Source: a virus
Taxonomy: Duplodnaviria > Caudoviricetes
Direction: 5' to 3' (one strand)
Virus record (IMG/VR): IMGVR_UViG_3300014059_000006
Span: 32,001 to 96,000 of that record
DNA length: 64,000 nt
Program-made: the position numbers and the translations under genes
Part shown: one piece after another, positions 9,965-20,177 of the stretch
How the letters are laid out: every line of letters starts with the position of its first letter
Position numbering within the stretch: position 1 is the stretch's first letter
Notes under the pieces: generated by a model
Database searches by the model: none
Seen by the model: the letters and a program-made list of their open reading frames with translations, nothing else
What the model was told of the DNA's origin: nothing

Positions 9965-12052
9965 ATGGCTTATTTTTCACATGCTTTCCGCAAAGATTTC
10001 ATCGGTTTTGGTTCAGTAAGAACTACTGGAGATACTGACAATCTTGTGGCCGGACAACTTGGTTTGTTCGATGCAAAAACATTTAATGCTTTACCGGTTG
10101 TAACCAGTAATGCAAATCCTAAAAAAATGTTCATAATTGGACAAGGTTCTATGCACGACGTAGACGGGTTATCACCATATTACGCTGGTTTGAGCGAGTT
10201 CGTAAGGTCTCGTCCTATCAATCCTGCTTATATTGAAAAACTTTATGTAAACCTTCCTTCTCGTCCGGTTGCTGATGTTTGGACTATTGGTTATAATGGT
10301 GTATCTACATGTGACCCAATCGCGGGTGAGTGTGGTTCTAAATACACAATACGTGTGGATGTAAGAGGTGCTGCTGCACTTAGAACTTACAACCGTAACT
10401 TGTATCGTTATTTCACTTATGAAACTCCTTGTTGTGATGATTGTGATGTAGATTGCACTCCTGCAACTGCTGACCCATATCTAATGGCTAAGAGTTTTGT
10501 TGAACAAATCAACAACGACGTAGAATTACAAAAATTTGTACGTGCTGAATTAATCGTTGAAACTGCAATTTCTGATGCTAATCAGGTGACTTATGATAAA
10601 TTTGTTCTATCTGTATTAGACGAAGGAAACCCTGCCGCTCTAGCTGCTGTTAAAGCTGCTTTTGGTTCTTACGAAGTAGTTCGTGAGTCACGTTCTGGTA
10701 TTACTTCTGTATACTCGACAATCGTAGCTGACGGTGTTACACCTTCATCTTACACTCCTACTGCTCTAAGCCTTCCGACTGATGCATGTGGCGATTGTCC
10801 TACAGGTTGGACTACAGGTTTAGCAACTCGTGAAATCTTAGTATCTAAAGTGTTAATCACTGATACTGATGGTGATGGTGTGAATGAAATTACTCTTGAC
10901 GAAGCTTTAGCTCTTGCTCTAGGTTCTCAAGCAACTTCTACATCTGTTGCTTACGAATACCGTGCTGAAATCTTAACTTTACTTGCTGCTATTGATGCTG
11001 ATGTACAGTTAACTGATATTCAAATTACTCCTACTCAATACTCAGCTTTAGATGGTAATGTTGTAGTTATTAAATTAGCTATCACTGTAGAAGACGTAAA
11101 TGCTCCTACAACTCCTCATACTGAAACTGCAGACAGTATTGATATTGATGACTTACAAACTGCTGTTGAAGATGACTTGACAGACTTAGGTTCTACTACT
11201 TTATGTGAACCTCCTGCTGGTACAACAACTGCTTGGGTTGCTGATGGTTCTGTTTACAAAACAAAACGTCAATTATGTGCTACATTCCCTAAAGTTTGTG
11301 GAGCAGCAACTTCTGAATTAGCTGCTATCACTGCATACTTCTCTGGAGATGACACTATTTCTACAATTGCACAAGTAGCCGGTGATACCGATTGTGCGGA
11401 AGTAATATCTCTTTACCAATTGAGTAAAGATTATTACGAAGTAGGATGTGCTGAAAAACCAATCCCAACTTACGGTAATGCTCCATCTTATAATGGTGTA
11501 GTGTTTGCCGAGTGTGATTGTACAACTACAAGCCCTTATGTATCAGGAGCTGTTGGTATCCGTATCACTGCTGCCTACGAAGATACTAAATTTGGTAACT
11601 GTTCTTTCAATCCTAAAGATTACTACAATCTTCAACCTTTGAAATTAGAAGTTGCTAAAATAGACGATGCTGAATTATGTACTGACCAACATACCAAATG
11701 GAGTGTAACTCACTTAACATTTGCGAAACAAGGTAGTGGATTCGGTGAAACAGTGTTACGTGAGTACATGTTGTCTATGGGATACAAACAAGAAAACTTT
11801 ATCCAAGACCCACGTTTCCGTGAAGTTATGGACCAACAACACTTGAATGTAATCGATAGAAATGCGTTCTACAAAACTTATTACCTTCTACACTCAATAC
11901 CTAATAGTACTTTGAGAGGTATGAATGTTACTAACTATGACGAAAAGTATCTATTAGCGTTCCACTTCAAAGAAGATGTTGACACTAGTGCTTTCGAAAG
12001 CTTAATTACCGGGTACGCTGCATTGAATAATGTAGAATTAGAAACCTACTAA
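9965..12052 (+). CDS. Auxiliary capsid / abundant structural protein, 695 aa
   Basis: Same highly expressed codon bias as the capsid gene, own terminator, position matching the crAss-like auxiliary capsid gene; Cys-rich with an acidic central insertion. Confidence 0.6.
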   Translation: MAYFSHAFRKDFIGFGSVRTTGDTDNLVAGQLGLFDAKTFNALPVVTSNANPKKMFIIGQGSMHDVDGLSPYYAGLSEFVRSRPINPAYIEKLYVNLPSRPVADVWTIGYNGVSTCDPIAGECGSKYTIRVDVRGAAALRTYNRNLYRYFTYETPCCDDCDVDCTPATADPYLMAKSFVEQINNDVELQKFVRAELIVETAISDANQVTYDKFVLSVLDEGNPAALAAVKAAFGSYEVVRESRSGITSVYSTIVADGVTPSSYTPTALSLPTDACGDCPTGWTTGLATREILVSKVLITDTDGDGVNEITLDEALALALGSQATSTSVAYEYRAEILTLLAAIDADVQLTDIQITPTQYSALDGNVVVIKLAITVEDVNAPTTPHTETADSIDIDDLQTAVEDDLTDLGSTTLCEPPAGTTTAWVADGSVYKTKRQLCATFPKVCGAATSELAAITAYFSGDDTISTIAQVAGDTDCAEVISLYQLSKDYYEVGCAEKPIPTYGNAPSYNGVVFAECDCTTTSPYVSGAVGIRITAAYEDTKFGNCSFNPKDYYNLQPLKLEVAKIDDAELCTDQHTKWSVTHLTFAKQGSGFGETVLREYMLSMGYKQENFIQDPRFREVMDQQHLNVIDRNAFYKTYYLLHSIPNSTLRGMNVTNYDEKYLLAFHFKEDVDTSAFESLITGYAALNNVELETY

Positions 12053-12076
12053 TTAAACTGAAAATATTTTAACCCT

Positions 12077-12118
12077 AAATGCGGAGGAGAACGAAAAACT
12101 TCTCCGCATTTTTATTTT
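12077..12118 (+). terminator. Rho-independent terminator
   Basis: AAATGCGGAG...CTCCGCATTT stem followed by a T-rich tract. Confidence 0.8.
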
Positions 12119-12126
12119 AAACTAAC

Positions 12127-12669
12127 ATGATAAGTAAACTAGCATTACAATTTTACGAAGACTATAATAGTACAACTTTAACTATTATTGACAGGTCTAT
12201 CTACAACGAAGATATAACTGTGGGGTGTGAACGTTTGTTAATCACTCTTCCGGGTTTTGTACATCCTATAACTGTTCCTATTTCATCCGGTTTTAATGAA
12301 GCACTCACCGCATATGATTTAAAACTTACAAATAGAAACAATTCAAACTTAATGAAACTTCCTGACGGACTATATATTATTAATTATTCAATATGTCCTA
12401 ATGATGAAGTTTATGTAGAATATAATTACTTACGTCAAACAGAAACATATAAGAAGTACTTTAAGAAATTATGTTCATTACAATTATTAGGTTGTGAGGA
12501 AAAGAAATCCACTGCAGAAATCATTAAAAAACTTCAGACAATAGATATGTATCTTCAAGCTGCGAAAGCTTACGTAGAAGAATGTGGAGCCCCTGTACGT
12601 GGATTAGAACTACATGCATATGCTAATAAGTTATTAGATAAGTTAAATATTGATTGTAATTGTAAATAA
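12127..12669 (+). CDS. Tail hub / fibre-attachment protein (putative)
   Basis: LPDGLY-x-I-x-YSI motif and helical C-terminus; position in crAss-like gene order. Confidence 0.5.
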   Translation: MISKLALQFYEDYNSTTLTIIDRSIYNEDITVGCERLLITLPGFVHPITVPISSGFNEALTAYDLKLTNRNNSNLMKLPDGLYIINYSICPNDEVYVEYNYLRQTETYKKYFKKLCSLQLLGCEEKKSTAEIIKKLQTIDMYLQAAKAYVEECGAPVRGLELHAYANKLLDKLNIDCNCK

Positions 12670-12690
12670 AACATTAAAAATAAAACTGAT

Positions 12691-12828
12691 ATGATACTAA
12701 ATGGAAAAAATGTATGCGATGTGTGCAAATCCTGTTTTACATGTGGTACTCCTAAAAAAACATTGGTAAAAGGGAGTGTCATAAAAGAATTGTGTCCACG
12801 TTGTTATAATATAGAAAAAGATAAATAA
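12691..12828 (+). CDS. 45-aa Cys-rich microprotein (three CxxC motifs), absent from the ORF track
   Basis: Translates as MILNGKNVCDVCKSCFTCGTPKKTLVKGSVIKELCPRCYNIEKDK*; fills the gap and its TAA overlaps the next ATG (TAATG). Confidence 0.7.
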   Translation: MILNGKNVCDVCKSCFTCGTPKKTLVKGSVIKELCPRCYNIEKDK

Positions 12829-13094
12829 TGTACCCTTCAGAAATCAAAACAAAAATTGATTGTTGTTTTGCAGACGACATGTACCAGATATATCAATTAA
12901 ATAGATATGGTATTAGTCCATGTAATACAATAGACACTCAACGTACGTATGAATTAAACAACTTACGTAAAGTGTATAATTTTTATAATAGTTTAGTTTT
13001 CTCAGGAGATTGTGATATAAACCCTGCTTATAACCAGCCAGTTTTCGGGGGATGTAATGTTAATAAACTGGTTGAAAAAATATCATTACTATAA
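12828..13094 (+). CDS. Small structural protein (second tail-hub-like subunit, putative)
   Basis: 88 aa, RYGI-x-x-C motif, translationally coupled within the structural operon. Confidence 0.4.
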   Translation: MYPSEIKTKIDCCFADDMYQIYQLNRYGISPCNTIDTQRTYELNNLRKVYNFYNSLVFSGDCDINPAYNQPVFGGCNVNKLVEKISLL

Positions 13095-13099
13095 ACAAA

Positions 13100-15037
13100 A
13101 TGACAACACCTACAAGGTCAAATAATAGAAACTTCACCCCATGTACTCCGACAAGTTCAGAATGCATAATATGGGAAAATCAATCTTTACCTACGTGTAT
13201 AGAACTGTGTCACGGAGATACAGTTTCTGACGTGTCTGTAAAAATTGCAAATATTGTATGTGAAATACAAAGTTCATTGGATTTTACAACACTAGACCTT
13301 TCTTGTATCACTGAGACAGATAGGTCCTTATCAAATATTTTAGAAAGTTTTGCAAGAAATCATTGTAGTTTAGCTGCACGAGTTTACTTGTTAGAACATC
13401 CTGTAGGAGTGTCTGGTGTTTCTGGAGTTACAGGAACTGCTGCACCATTTGGTACAAATCTTTCTTGTCTCCCTACTTTATTAAGTAGACCTGTCCCATC
13501 AACTGGATTAACAAATAATGAAATCATTCAATGGATAGTAGATGGTGTTTGTGAAGTTAGTAAAAATTTAAGTGATGCGATTGTTGATTTAACAATATTA
13601 ATAAACAATCGTTCGGGTTCTGGTTCTTCATCAATTCCTATAGTTGCTTCCAATTGTTTATTTGGGACACCTATCCCAATTGACCAAGCTTGGATATACT
13701 TAGACGAAGTATTTTGTGATTATATCGAACAATTGGGTACTATATCGGATATAGAAGCGGCACGTGTCCAAGAAAGTGATTGTATTACAAATATAAACAC
13801 TGTTTTAGGTACATCATTAGTTGCTTCTACTAATCAAGCAGAAGCTATAAAAAACTTGTGGGAAGTTGTATGTAATTTAACAAGTCAGATAGATTCTATG
13901 ACAGCAATAGTAAATAATTGTTGTTCATTTAATTGTAAAGACTTTGAAATTACTATGACAACTTATGGGTATGATTCTGCAGCTAACACTTTAGATATAC
14001 GTTTATTATTTAATGGGTCTTTAACACTTCCTACATCTGTGTATGATTTTACAAACGACCCTACAAATACAATAACATTGACAGACCACACTGGTTTTTC
14101 ATTATCTCCTTTTTTAGATATTACTGATGATAGTACATATACTGATATATCTCTTACAGGATTAGATTTATCTCAAGATATAACCATAACTGCTACAATT
14201 GGTTTTACTGTTGTAGAAATTAATGGTGATGAACGTGAGTTTTCTTGTTCTAAATGTCTCCAAACAATATTTAGAAGTAATATTGGATGTGCTTTTTGTC
14301 ATTTAATTATTGGTGGTACAGACTTAGACGTACGGATGACATATTCTGTCAATGGTGTTTCACAGACAATAACTATAACTTCCGCAGGTACTTATGTAAT
14401 TCCAGCTAATTCAGTAATAGAAAGTATATTGGTTATTTCAGGCTCTATGTTTACAATAGCTTCTGAATCTTGCCCTTCATTAGAGTTTCCTGAATATACA
14501 ACTTTATCATGTTATGCATTTGTAATAGACGGTGACTTCTTTAATGGTGCCCCAGATGCTCCAACAGACGGGTCAGAATTCTTTTATTATATTGATGGAT
14601 ATATGATAGACGGTGTGGAGTATTTATACAACACTAATATTCGTTGTGATATAGCACAAGAACGGGATTATCCTGCTATGACTTCTGGAGATTCTGAAAC
14701 TTGTACAGAAACTTTTGATACATCACCTTTAACAATGTTTAATGTATCTTATAATTATTTGACAGATATTCCTACCAATCCATATATAACAGAATTTAAT
14801 CGGGTTTGTCGATTTGCATCTTTAAATACATCTACAGAACCGGATACTTACGATACTAAATATGTTAGTTTATTGGTCGAGGCCGTTTCCGGAAAAACCA
14901 TTTTCTTAAAAATGACCGCAAAAGAAACCACTAATGACACTGACAGTACACTTATTCCTAACCCCGAAGTATATCTAAAAGGTGTGGAAATTACTTCAGG
15001 AGATTGTGATTGTTGTAATGTACATAACGGAACTTAA
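13100..15037 (+). CDS. Cys-rich fibre/spike-like structural protein, 645 aa
   Basis: N-terminal C-x-PTSSECIIW motif, repeated xCL...C units, acidic beta-rich C-terminal domains. Confidence 0.5.
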   Translation: MTTPTRSNNRNFTPCTPTSSECIIWENQSLPTCIELCHGDTVSDVSVKIANIVCEIQSSLDFTTLDLSCITETDRSLSNILESFARNHCSLAARVYLLEHPVGVSGVSGVTGTAAPFGTNLSCLPTLLSRPVPSTGLTNNEIIQWIVDGVCEVSKNLSDAIVDLTILINNRSGSGSSSIPIVASNCLFGTPIPIDQAWIYLDEVFCDYIEQLGTISDIEAARVQESDCITNINTVLGTSLVASTNQAEAIKNLWEVVCNLTSQIDSMTAIVNNCCSFNCKDFEITMTTYGYDSAANTLDIRLLFNGSLTLPTSVYDFTNDPTNTITLTDHTGFSLSPFLDITDDSTYTDISLTGLDLSQDITITATIGFTVVEINGDEREFSCSKCLQTIFRSNIGCAFCHLIIGGTDLDVRMTYSVNGVSQTITITSAGTYVIPANSVIESILVISGSMFTIASESCPSLEFPEYTTLSCYAFVIDGDFFNGAPDAPTDGSEFFYYIDGYMIDGVEYLYNTNIRCDIAQERDYPAMTSGDSETCTETFDTSPLTMFNVSYNYLTDIPTNPYITEFNRVCRFASLNTSTEPDTYDTKYVSLLVEAVSGKTIFLKMTAKETTNDTDSTLIPNPEVYLKGVEITSGDCDCCNVHNGT

Positions 15038-15066
15038 TAAATAAAACTTTAATTTAAAATAAAATA

Positions 15067-16680
15067 ATGGCATGTCCTAACCCAAATTGCAGCGACTACG
15101 TCGCAAATTGTACTAATTACTCATATGTATGTCCTGCATGTAGTGATTGTTGTACTGATACTATAAACTCTAAGTGTGTAGTGTATAAAGGAGCAGCACT
15201 TACTTGTGTCCCTGCTACAACTAATGATACAATAGAGGCTATTATTATAGCCCTAAATGCATCGTTGGCCACCACGGTTTGTAAAACGTACGATATACAG
15301 TGTTTAGGTGGAGCATCTAATGCATCCACTGTTACAACTATTCAGGCCCTTATTGATGAAGCTTGTACAGAAAATACAAACTTGTTTGATACTACATGTT
15401 TAGGTGGTGATGCTGACGTAAGTATTTATACTGCGATGTCAGACGTAATTACAAAAATATGTGCTTCGTCTGCTACATATCCTTCATTTGACACATCATG
15501 TTTAACTGACGGTACTGCTGTAGATAACTTACAACATGCTGTGGAACTATTAATTATTGATGCTTGTGCCGGTCCAACTTGTACATTAGATTGGGAATTA
15601 ATAGATGAAGTTCCTGCGGATTTAACTGATACCGCAATATGTGATATATTCACAGCTATATTAGCAAATATAAAATGTTTGAAATACAATTTCTCTAGTG
15701 ATTTTGAAATTACTGGAAGTTGTCCTAGTAGTATTGCATTAGATTATGCAGTTGTTGCTCCGGCAGTTTTAGCAGAAATTGATGGTGACGAAACACTTAC
15801 TGAGTCATTTAATGACATAGTAGGACTACGTGTATTTGCAAACGAAACTACAGGACCTAATAGTATTGAACAAACCTTAGCATTCACTGAACAATTTAAT
15901 GTAGAAACCCTTACTCTTGTACCATATAATTTTACATTGCGTATAGGTAATGGTGGAGCAGGTAACGTGTTTGTCGGATTAAAAACCGGTACAAATATTT
16001 ATAAGGCCCCTGTTTCAATACTATTGAGTAACACCACGGCTATTAAAGCATTTTTAGATGGTACAGGATTATCAACATTCACTGTGACTGCTGGAATCGG
16101 TTATGTTGATGTTTCTTTTATTATGGATGGAGATGGGGTAACATGGTTTCCTCAAATAGTTTGGCAAAATGTTGCGGCATCTACAGACTTATATTCAACA
16201 TTAAATACTGCTACACAAAATAGTGTATCCCAGACTAATTATTTAAAAATAGGAGTGAAAGCTCCTGAAGCATGGACTACTGCATCATTAAGTAGTGGGT
16301 GGACAGGTACAATTAAATACAGATTTAACCCATTAAATAATTCGATAGAAGTACGTGGTGGAGCAATAACTAGAGTATTAAGTGCTGGTGAATTAACATC
16401 TGCTGCCCCTATAACTCAGGCTATTTTTTCTATAGGGTCGTACACTTCTGATGGAGATAATTATCAAGTGGCCCATACATTAACCGATACTGTTACACAA
16501 TCTATTTATACAGGAACTGTTGCTAATTCTGACCAAGTCTCTGCAAGGTTTAGAACTAATGTTTATATAGCAAACGGTAGTAGTAATGTTTATGTTAGTA
16601 TTAAAGACTCGTTACGTTCCGGGTCCACATCTTCAGAAACATTAATCGTTACTGTACCTACATTTCAAATCTTTACTTAA
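15067..16680 (+). CDS. Cys-rich fibre-like protein, 537 aa
   Basis: Cys-dense N-terminus (INSKCVVYKG resembles the upstream protein's SECIIWEN), three DxxCL...C repeats, C-terminal W-x5-SSGW...IKYR...IEVRGG tail-fibre-tip-like pattern. Confidence 0.55.
   Translation: MACPNPNCSDYVANCTNYSYVCPACSDCCTDTINSKCVVYKGAALTCVPATTNDTIEAIIIALNASLATTVCKTYDIQCLGGASNASTVTTIQALIDEACTENTNLFDTTCLGGDADVSIYTAMSDVITKICASSATYPSFDTSCLTDGTAVDNLQHAVELLIIDACAGPTCTLDWELIDEVPADLTDTAICDIFTAILANIKCLKYNFSSDFEITGSCPSSIALDYAVVAPAVLAEIDGDETLTESFNDIVGLRVFANETTGPNSIEQTLAFTEQFNVETLTLVPYNFTLRIGNGGAGNVFVGLKTGTNIYKAPVSILLSNTTAIKAFLDGTGLSTFTVTAGIGYVDVSFIMDGDGVTWFPQIVWQNVAASTDLYSTLNTATQNSVSQTNYLKIGVKAPEAWTTASLSSGWTGTIKYRFNPLNNSIEVRGGAITRVLSAGELTSAAPITQAIFSIGSYTSDGDNYQVAHTLTDTVTQSIYTGTVANSDQVSARFRTNVYIANGSSNVYVSIKDSLRSGSTSSETLIVTVPTFQIFT
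15289..15567 (+). repeat. Three tandem protein-level Cys repeats, (Y/F)DxxCL-x(19-20)-C
   Basis: YDIQCLGG...IQALIDEAC, FDTTCLGG...MSDVITKIC, FDTSCLTD...VELLIIDAC. Confidence 0.75.
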
Positions 16681-16729
16681 AAATATTCGCAAATTTTATT
16701 TTGTTAGTTTTGTTTATGCGATTACTAAT

Positions 16730-16756
16730 GAGCCTCCTTCGGGGGGCTTGTTTTTT
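16730..16756 (+). terminator. Rho-independent terminator with cUUCGg tetraloop
   Basis: GAGCCTCC-TTCG-GGGGGCTT followed by GTTTTTT. Confidence 0.85.
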
Positions 16757-16777
16757 AAAAAACTAATGTTACCTTTG
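16748..16777 (+). promoter_or_regulatory. Bacteroidota housekeeping-sigma promoter (TTG-N19-TACCTTTG)
   Basis: Matches the -33 TTTG / -7 TAnnTTTG consensus, 22 nt upstream of the ATG at 16800. Confidence 0.7.
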
Positions 16778-16799
16778 TATTAATAATTAAAAAAATATA

Positions 16800-18071
16800 A
16801 TGAATCTAAACGAAGTTGTAGAAAAATTTAGAAAGTATCCAGCTAACATGGGATGTGGAAGTGGGAAATTAGCTAAGAGATATGACACTACGCCTGAAAT
16901 AGTAAAACAGGCTCGCGAAATTGTTCGTAAAGAAGTTAAAGAAGATTTTATTTATGAAGTGAAATCTATTGTAAAAGAAATGGTGGGAATTACAGAGTTA
17001 GAAACCGACCATTCTTCTGGAGCTCAGAAGTTCCAAGTAAACTCTGACAAACCACTTTCTCCTAAAGAAATAGAAGAAATGGTTGGCGTGGACAACATCT
17101 CTACGTTTGTAGACCGTAGTTGGTTAAAGAGTCATAAAAATGGAACATGGACTTATTCCGTTCTTACAATATGTAAGATAAAAGATTTTTACAATGCTGC
17201 AGAATTAGATAAACGTTTAAAAGAATTATTCGATGATTCTTATGGAACAGAATTAAATTATGACCCTCGTCCAAGTGATAAAGCATTATTTGTGTATATT
17301 GCTGACGACCACGCGGGTTTAGTATTAAAAGATTCCTTATATGGAAAAGAATATTCTTCGTCTATATATCAATGTAGGTTGGAAACAGTAGCTCAAGAAA
17401 TTAAAAACTTAGACAAACATTTCCAGGAACTTTATATAATTCGTCTTGGTGATGAGATGGATGGATACAATGGTAAGACTACAAGATATGACCATGATTT
17501 AGGGTCTCTTTCAAATAAAGAACAATTTGATATTTATACGACAGCAAACAAACAGTTTTACAATAGTGTTTTTTCTTCAGGAGTCGCAAACAATTATCAT
17601 CTGATAACACTTTCCAACTCTAACCATACCGGTAAAGGTTTTTCTCATATGGCTAATAAAGCATTAGAGTTTTGGTTAGAAGCTAAATATCCTTTTGTCA
17701 ATGTGTCACAACAAGATAGATTTATAGATGTAATTACTTTTGGTAATCACATCATAGGACTGACACACGGTAAAGACGAACAGTTTATGAAATCTCCTCT
17801 TCCTTTAAATTTGGATTATAAAACCGATTTATGGCTTATGGAATATTACAAACGTTATGTTCATGATGGAGCTTTTGTTTCCACCATTAAGGGTGATATT
17901 CACAAATTCAATATGAACCAGGGTAAATCAGGAAGATATGTAAATGTACCTGCTATTTCTACAGGAAGTGCATGGGTTGAACATAATTTTGGAGACAGTG
18001 AGGCTGGTGTTGTTATGGAAATTTATACTGCTAATAATAAGAACGTAATTACAATTCCTGTTTGGTTCTAA
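16800..18071 (+). CDS. Calcineurin-like metallophosphoesterase with N-terminal HTH-like region
   Basis: Ordered motifs IADDH, LGDEMDG, SNH, LTHG, GDIH. Confidence 0.8.
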   Translation: MNLNEVVEKFRKYPANMGCGSGKLAKRYDTTPEIVKQAREIVRKEVKEDFIYEVKSIVKEMVGITELETDHSSGAQKFQVNSDKPLSPKEIEEMVGVDNISTFVDRSWLKSHKNGTWTYSVLTICKIKDFYNAAELDKRLKELFDDSYGTELNYDPRPSDKALFVYIADDHAGLVLKDSLYGKEYSSSIYQCRLETVAQEIKNLDKHFQELYIIRLGDEMDGYNGKTTRYDHDLGSLSNKEQFDIYTTANKQFYNSVFSSGVANNYHLITLSNSNHTGKGFSHMANKALEFWLEAKYPFVNVSQQDRFIDVITFGNHIIGLTHGKDEQFMKSPLPLNLDYKTDLWLMEYYKRYVHDGAFVSTIKGDIHKFNMNQGKSGRYVNVPAISTGSAWVEHNFGDSEAGVVMEIYTANNKNVITIPVWF

Positions 18072-18076
18072 TAAAA

Positions 18077-18108
18077 TTAGCTTTTTCACTCTATTTTACT
18101 TATATTTA
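18077..18108 (+). promoter_or_regulatory. Putative phage promoter TTAG-N20-TATATTTA
   Basis: Copy of the five-member intergenic motif, 10 nt upstream of the ATG at 18119. Confidence 0.5.
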
Positions 18109-18118
18109 GATATATACT

Positions 18119-18655
18119 ATGCGAACATTTGACCCAAAAAAACCACGATTCCGTAAAGACAAAGGAACCACTATAAAAATAGTGAGTAAGGTTTTTTTTA
18201 AAAAGTATAGAAAAAAATATAAAACATCATCAATAGATACATATGTAAAAATGAGAAACGTATTGGCAGTACTACATGAAAAGATAACAGACATTATTGC
18301 TACAGAACGCGGAGGATTTGATTTAGCACAATTAGCAAATATTGTTACAGTTGCTTATACTCCATACACAAAAACTCTTCAAGATAAACATAAATATATT
18401 GATTACTCATTGTCAAAAAATGTCGATAAAGTTGTAAAATATACAAATCTTCATACAGACGGTAAAGCGTGTCGTATATATTTTTCAATGGAATTACCAA
18501 AATATAAATTTCTATATAGAAGGATGTGGGGGTTTACTCCCACACTTCCTTTTCGTAGAAAAGTTTCTCGTGAGTTTTCAAACAATTATTTACGATTTAT
18601 AGAAGTGGAACATGGAGAATCAATGCGTAAAATATTTCAAACAACTTTTCAATAA
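18119..18655 (+). CDS. Basic IHF/HU-like DNA-binding protein (crAss-like)
   Basis: Lys/Arg-rich; GFDLAQLANI and WGFTPTLPFRRKV patterns; sits before tail ring genes as in crAss-like phages. Confidence 0.55.
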   Translation: MRTFDPKKPRFRKDKGTTIKIVSKVFFKKYRKKYKTSSIDTYVKMRNVLAVLHEKITDIIATERGGFDLAQLANIVTVAYTPYTKTLQDKHKYIDYSLSKNVDKVVKYTNLHTDGKACRIYFSMELPKYKFLYRRMWGFTPTLPFRRKVSREFSNNYLRFIEVEHGESMRKIFQTTFQ

Positions 18656-19320
18656 TGGCCCAAAAAACTATAGCCCAATATATATCCGGTATACGTGGAG
18701 ACCTGAAATTAAATAATGCTGATACGCGTATTGACGATAGGCATATCTATTTAAAAATGGTGGACATACGTGCTACACTTATTAATCAGTCTACGCAGTG
18801 GATAATGAGTAGTGTGGATATATTCCAGTCTTTATTTAAAACTGAATTGATAGAAGTAGATACTGTGGAAGCTTGTGGTGTTCAAACTAAATGTAAAATA
18901 AAAAGAACTAAGGACAAACTCCCTATAATTTTAGAAGATGACGAGGGACCCTTGATAAAAAGAATAACATCGTTAGATGGAAGTATAGAATTAAATCCTA
19001 TTACTTCTTCAGGATTTCTAAGAAAATTAAAAAAATCAACTTACAAATATGACAAGAACCATTACTTTTGGTTTTCTAATGGGTACGCATATTTTCCGGA
19101 TATCGAATGGGATTATGTTTTTATAGAGGCATACTTTGATGTAGATATTGAAAATGGATGTGAAGTGATAGATTATTGTAGAGATTTTCAGGAAAATAAA
19201 TTTCGTATTCCAGAAAGAATGGTAAATACGTTAGTTGCGATGACTACAGAAAGTTTATTAAAAACATATGTTCAAATCCCACAGGATACCAAAATGGACA
19301 AAAATGAAAATTCTAAATAA
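18655..19320 (+). CDS. Tail ring protein
   Basis: TAATG coupling; RTKDKLP, YFWFSNGYAY and C-terminal IPQD motifs. Confidence 0.55.
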   Translation: MAQKTIAQYISGIRGDLKLNNADTRIDDRHIYLKMVDIRATLINQSTQWIMSSVDIFQSLFKTELIEVDTVEACGVQTKCKIKRTKDKLPIILEDDEGPLIKRITSLDGSIELNPITSSGFLRKLKKSTYKYDKNHYFWFSNGYAYFPDIEWDYVFIEAYFDVDIENGCEVIDYCRDFQENKFRIPERMVNTLVAMTTESLLKTYVQIPQDTKMDKNENSK

Positions 19321-20177
19321 TGATAACTAAATATACTACTCAATATAAAACTTTTGAAAGTTTGATGGCTGATATAGAAGATGATTTAACTTCATTTTCT
19401 AATGAGACTTATGTATATTCTGACAAATACATTAAGATTGTACAAACTTGCAATAGTAAACTTTCAACTAAAATTAATCCAATTAAGGAAGATGTTATAA
19501 CGGTTACAAATAAAAAAGGAAAACTTCCTAAAGATTTTAAAGTGTTGGAACAAGTGTATGCCTGTGCCCCCACCACTATAATACAGTCTACATTGAATTT
19601 TAATAAAGAGGTTTGTCCTGCATATACTTTTTCAGAAGTACGTAACTGTTGTAATAATATTGCATACATAGAAGACCCTAGAAAGTTATTTAGTTTCGTG
19701 GTGTACAAACAAGAAATAAAATCTCTAGTTAATGTCACTAGATTGTTTCCTGTTTCTATAATTAACTCTTTAAAATTCTGTAGTGCAAATTGCCCTACAA
19801 GAGCAACTACAAATATCCAGATACAAATAGAAAGACAAGGAGATGATTTTTATATTCTCTCTGATTATGATGGGGAATTCTATATTTCCTATGTTTCTGA
19901 AATGGTGGACGACGAAGGAAATCTTTTAATTTTAGACCATCCTTTAGTAATACCATATTATGAATACGCAATTAAAGAACGCATATTTGAAGATGTGTGG
20001 CTTAATGATTTATTACAAGTTCAGAATAAACTTTCATATTTAAAAGAGAGTTTGAGAACTGCACAAATGGACGCATTACGTTTTGTTAGAACTTCTGATT
20101 TTGCAGAACTAAAACAAGTTTATTTTGATAACAGAAAAAGATTTAAAATGAAATACAACGATATTATACAAGAGTAA
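19320..20177 (+). CDS. Tail tubular / ring protein
   Basis: GKLPKDF and YISY...DDEGNLLILDHP motifs; immediately before the muzzle gene. Confidence 0.6.
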   Translation: MITKYTTQYKTFESLMADIEDDLTSFSNETYVYSDKYIKIVQTCNSKLSTKINPIKEDVITVTNKKGKLPKDFKVLEQVYACAPTTIIQSTLNFNKEVCPAYTFSEVRNCCNNIAYIEDPRKLFSFVVYKQEIKSLVNVTRLFPVSIINSLKFCSANCPTRATTNIQIQIERQGDDFYILSDYDGEFYISYVSEMVDDEGNLLILDHPLVIPYYEYAIKERIFEDVWLNDLLQVQNKLSYLKESLRTAQMDALRFVRTSDFAELKQVYFDNRKRFKMKYNDIIQE

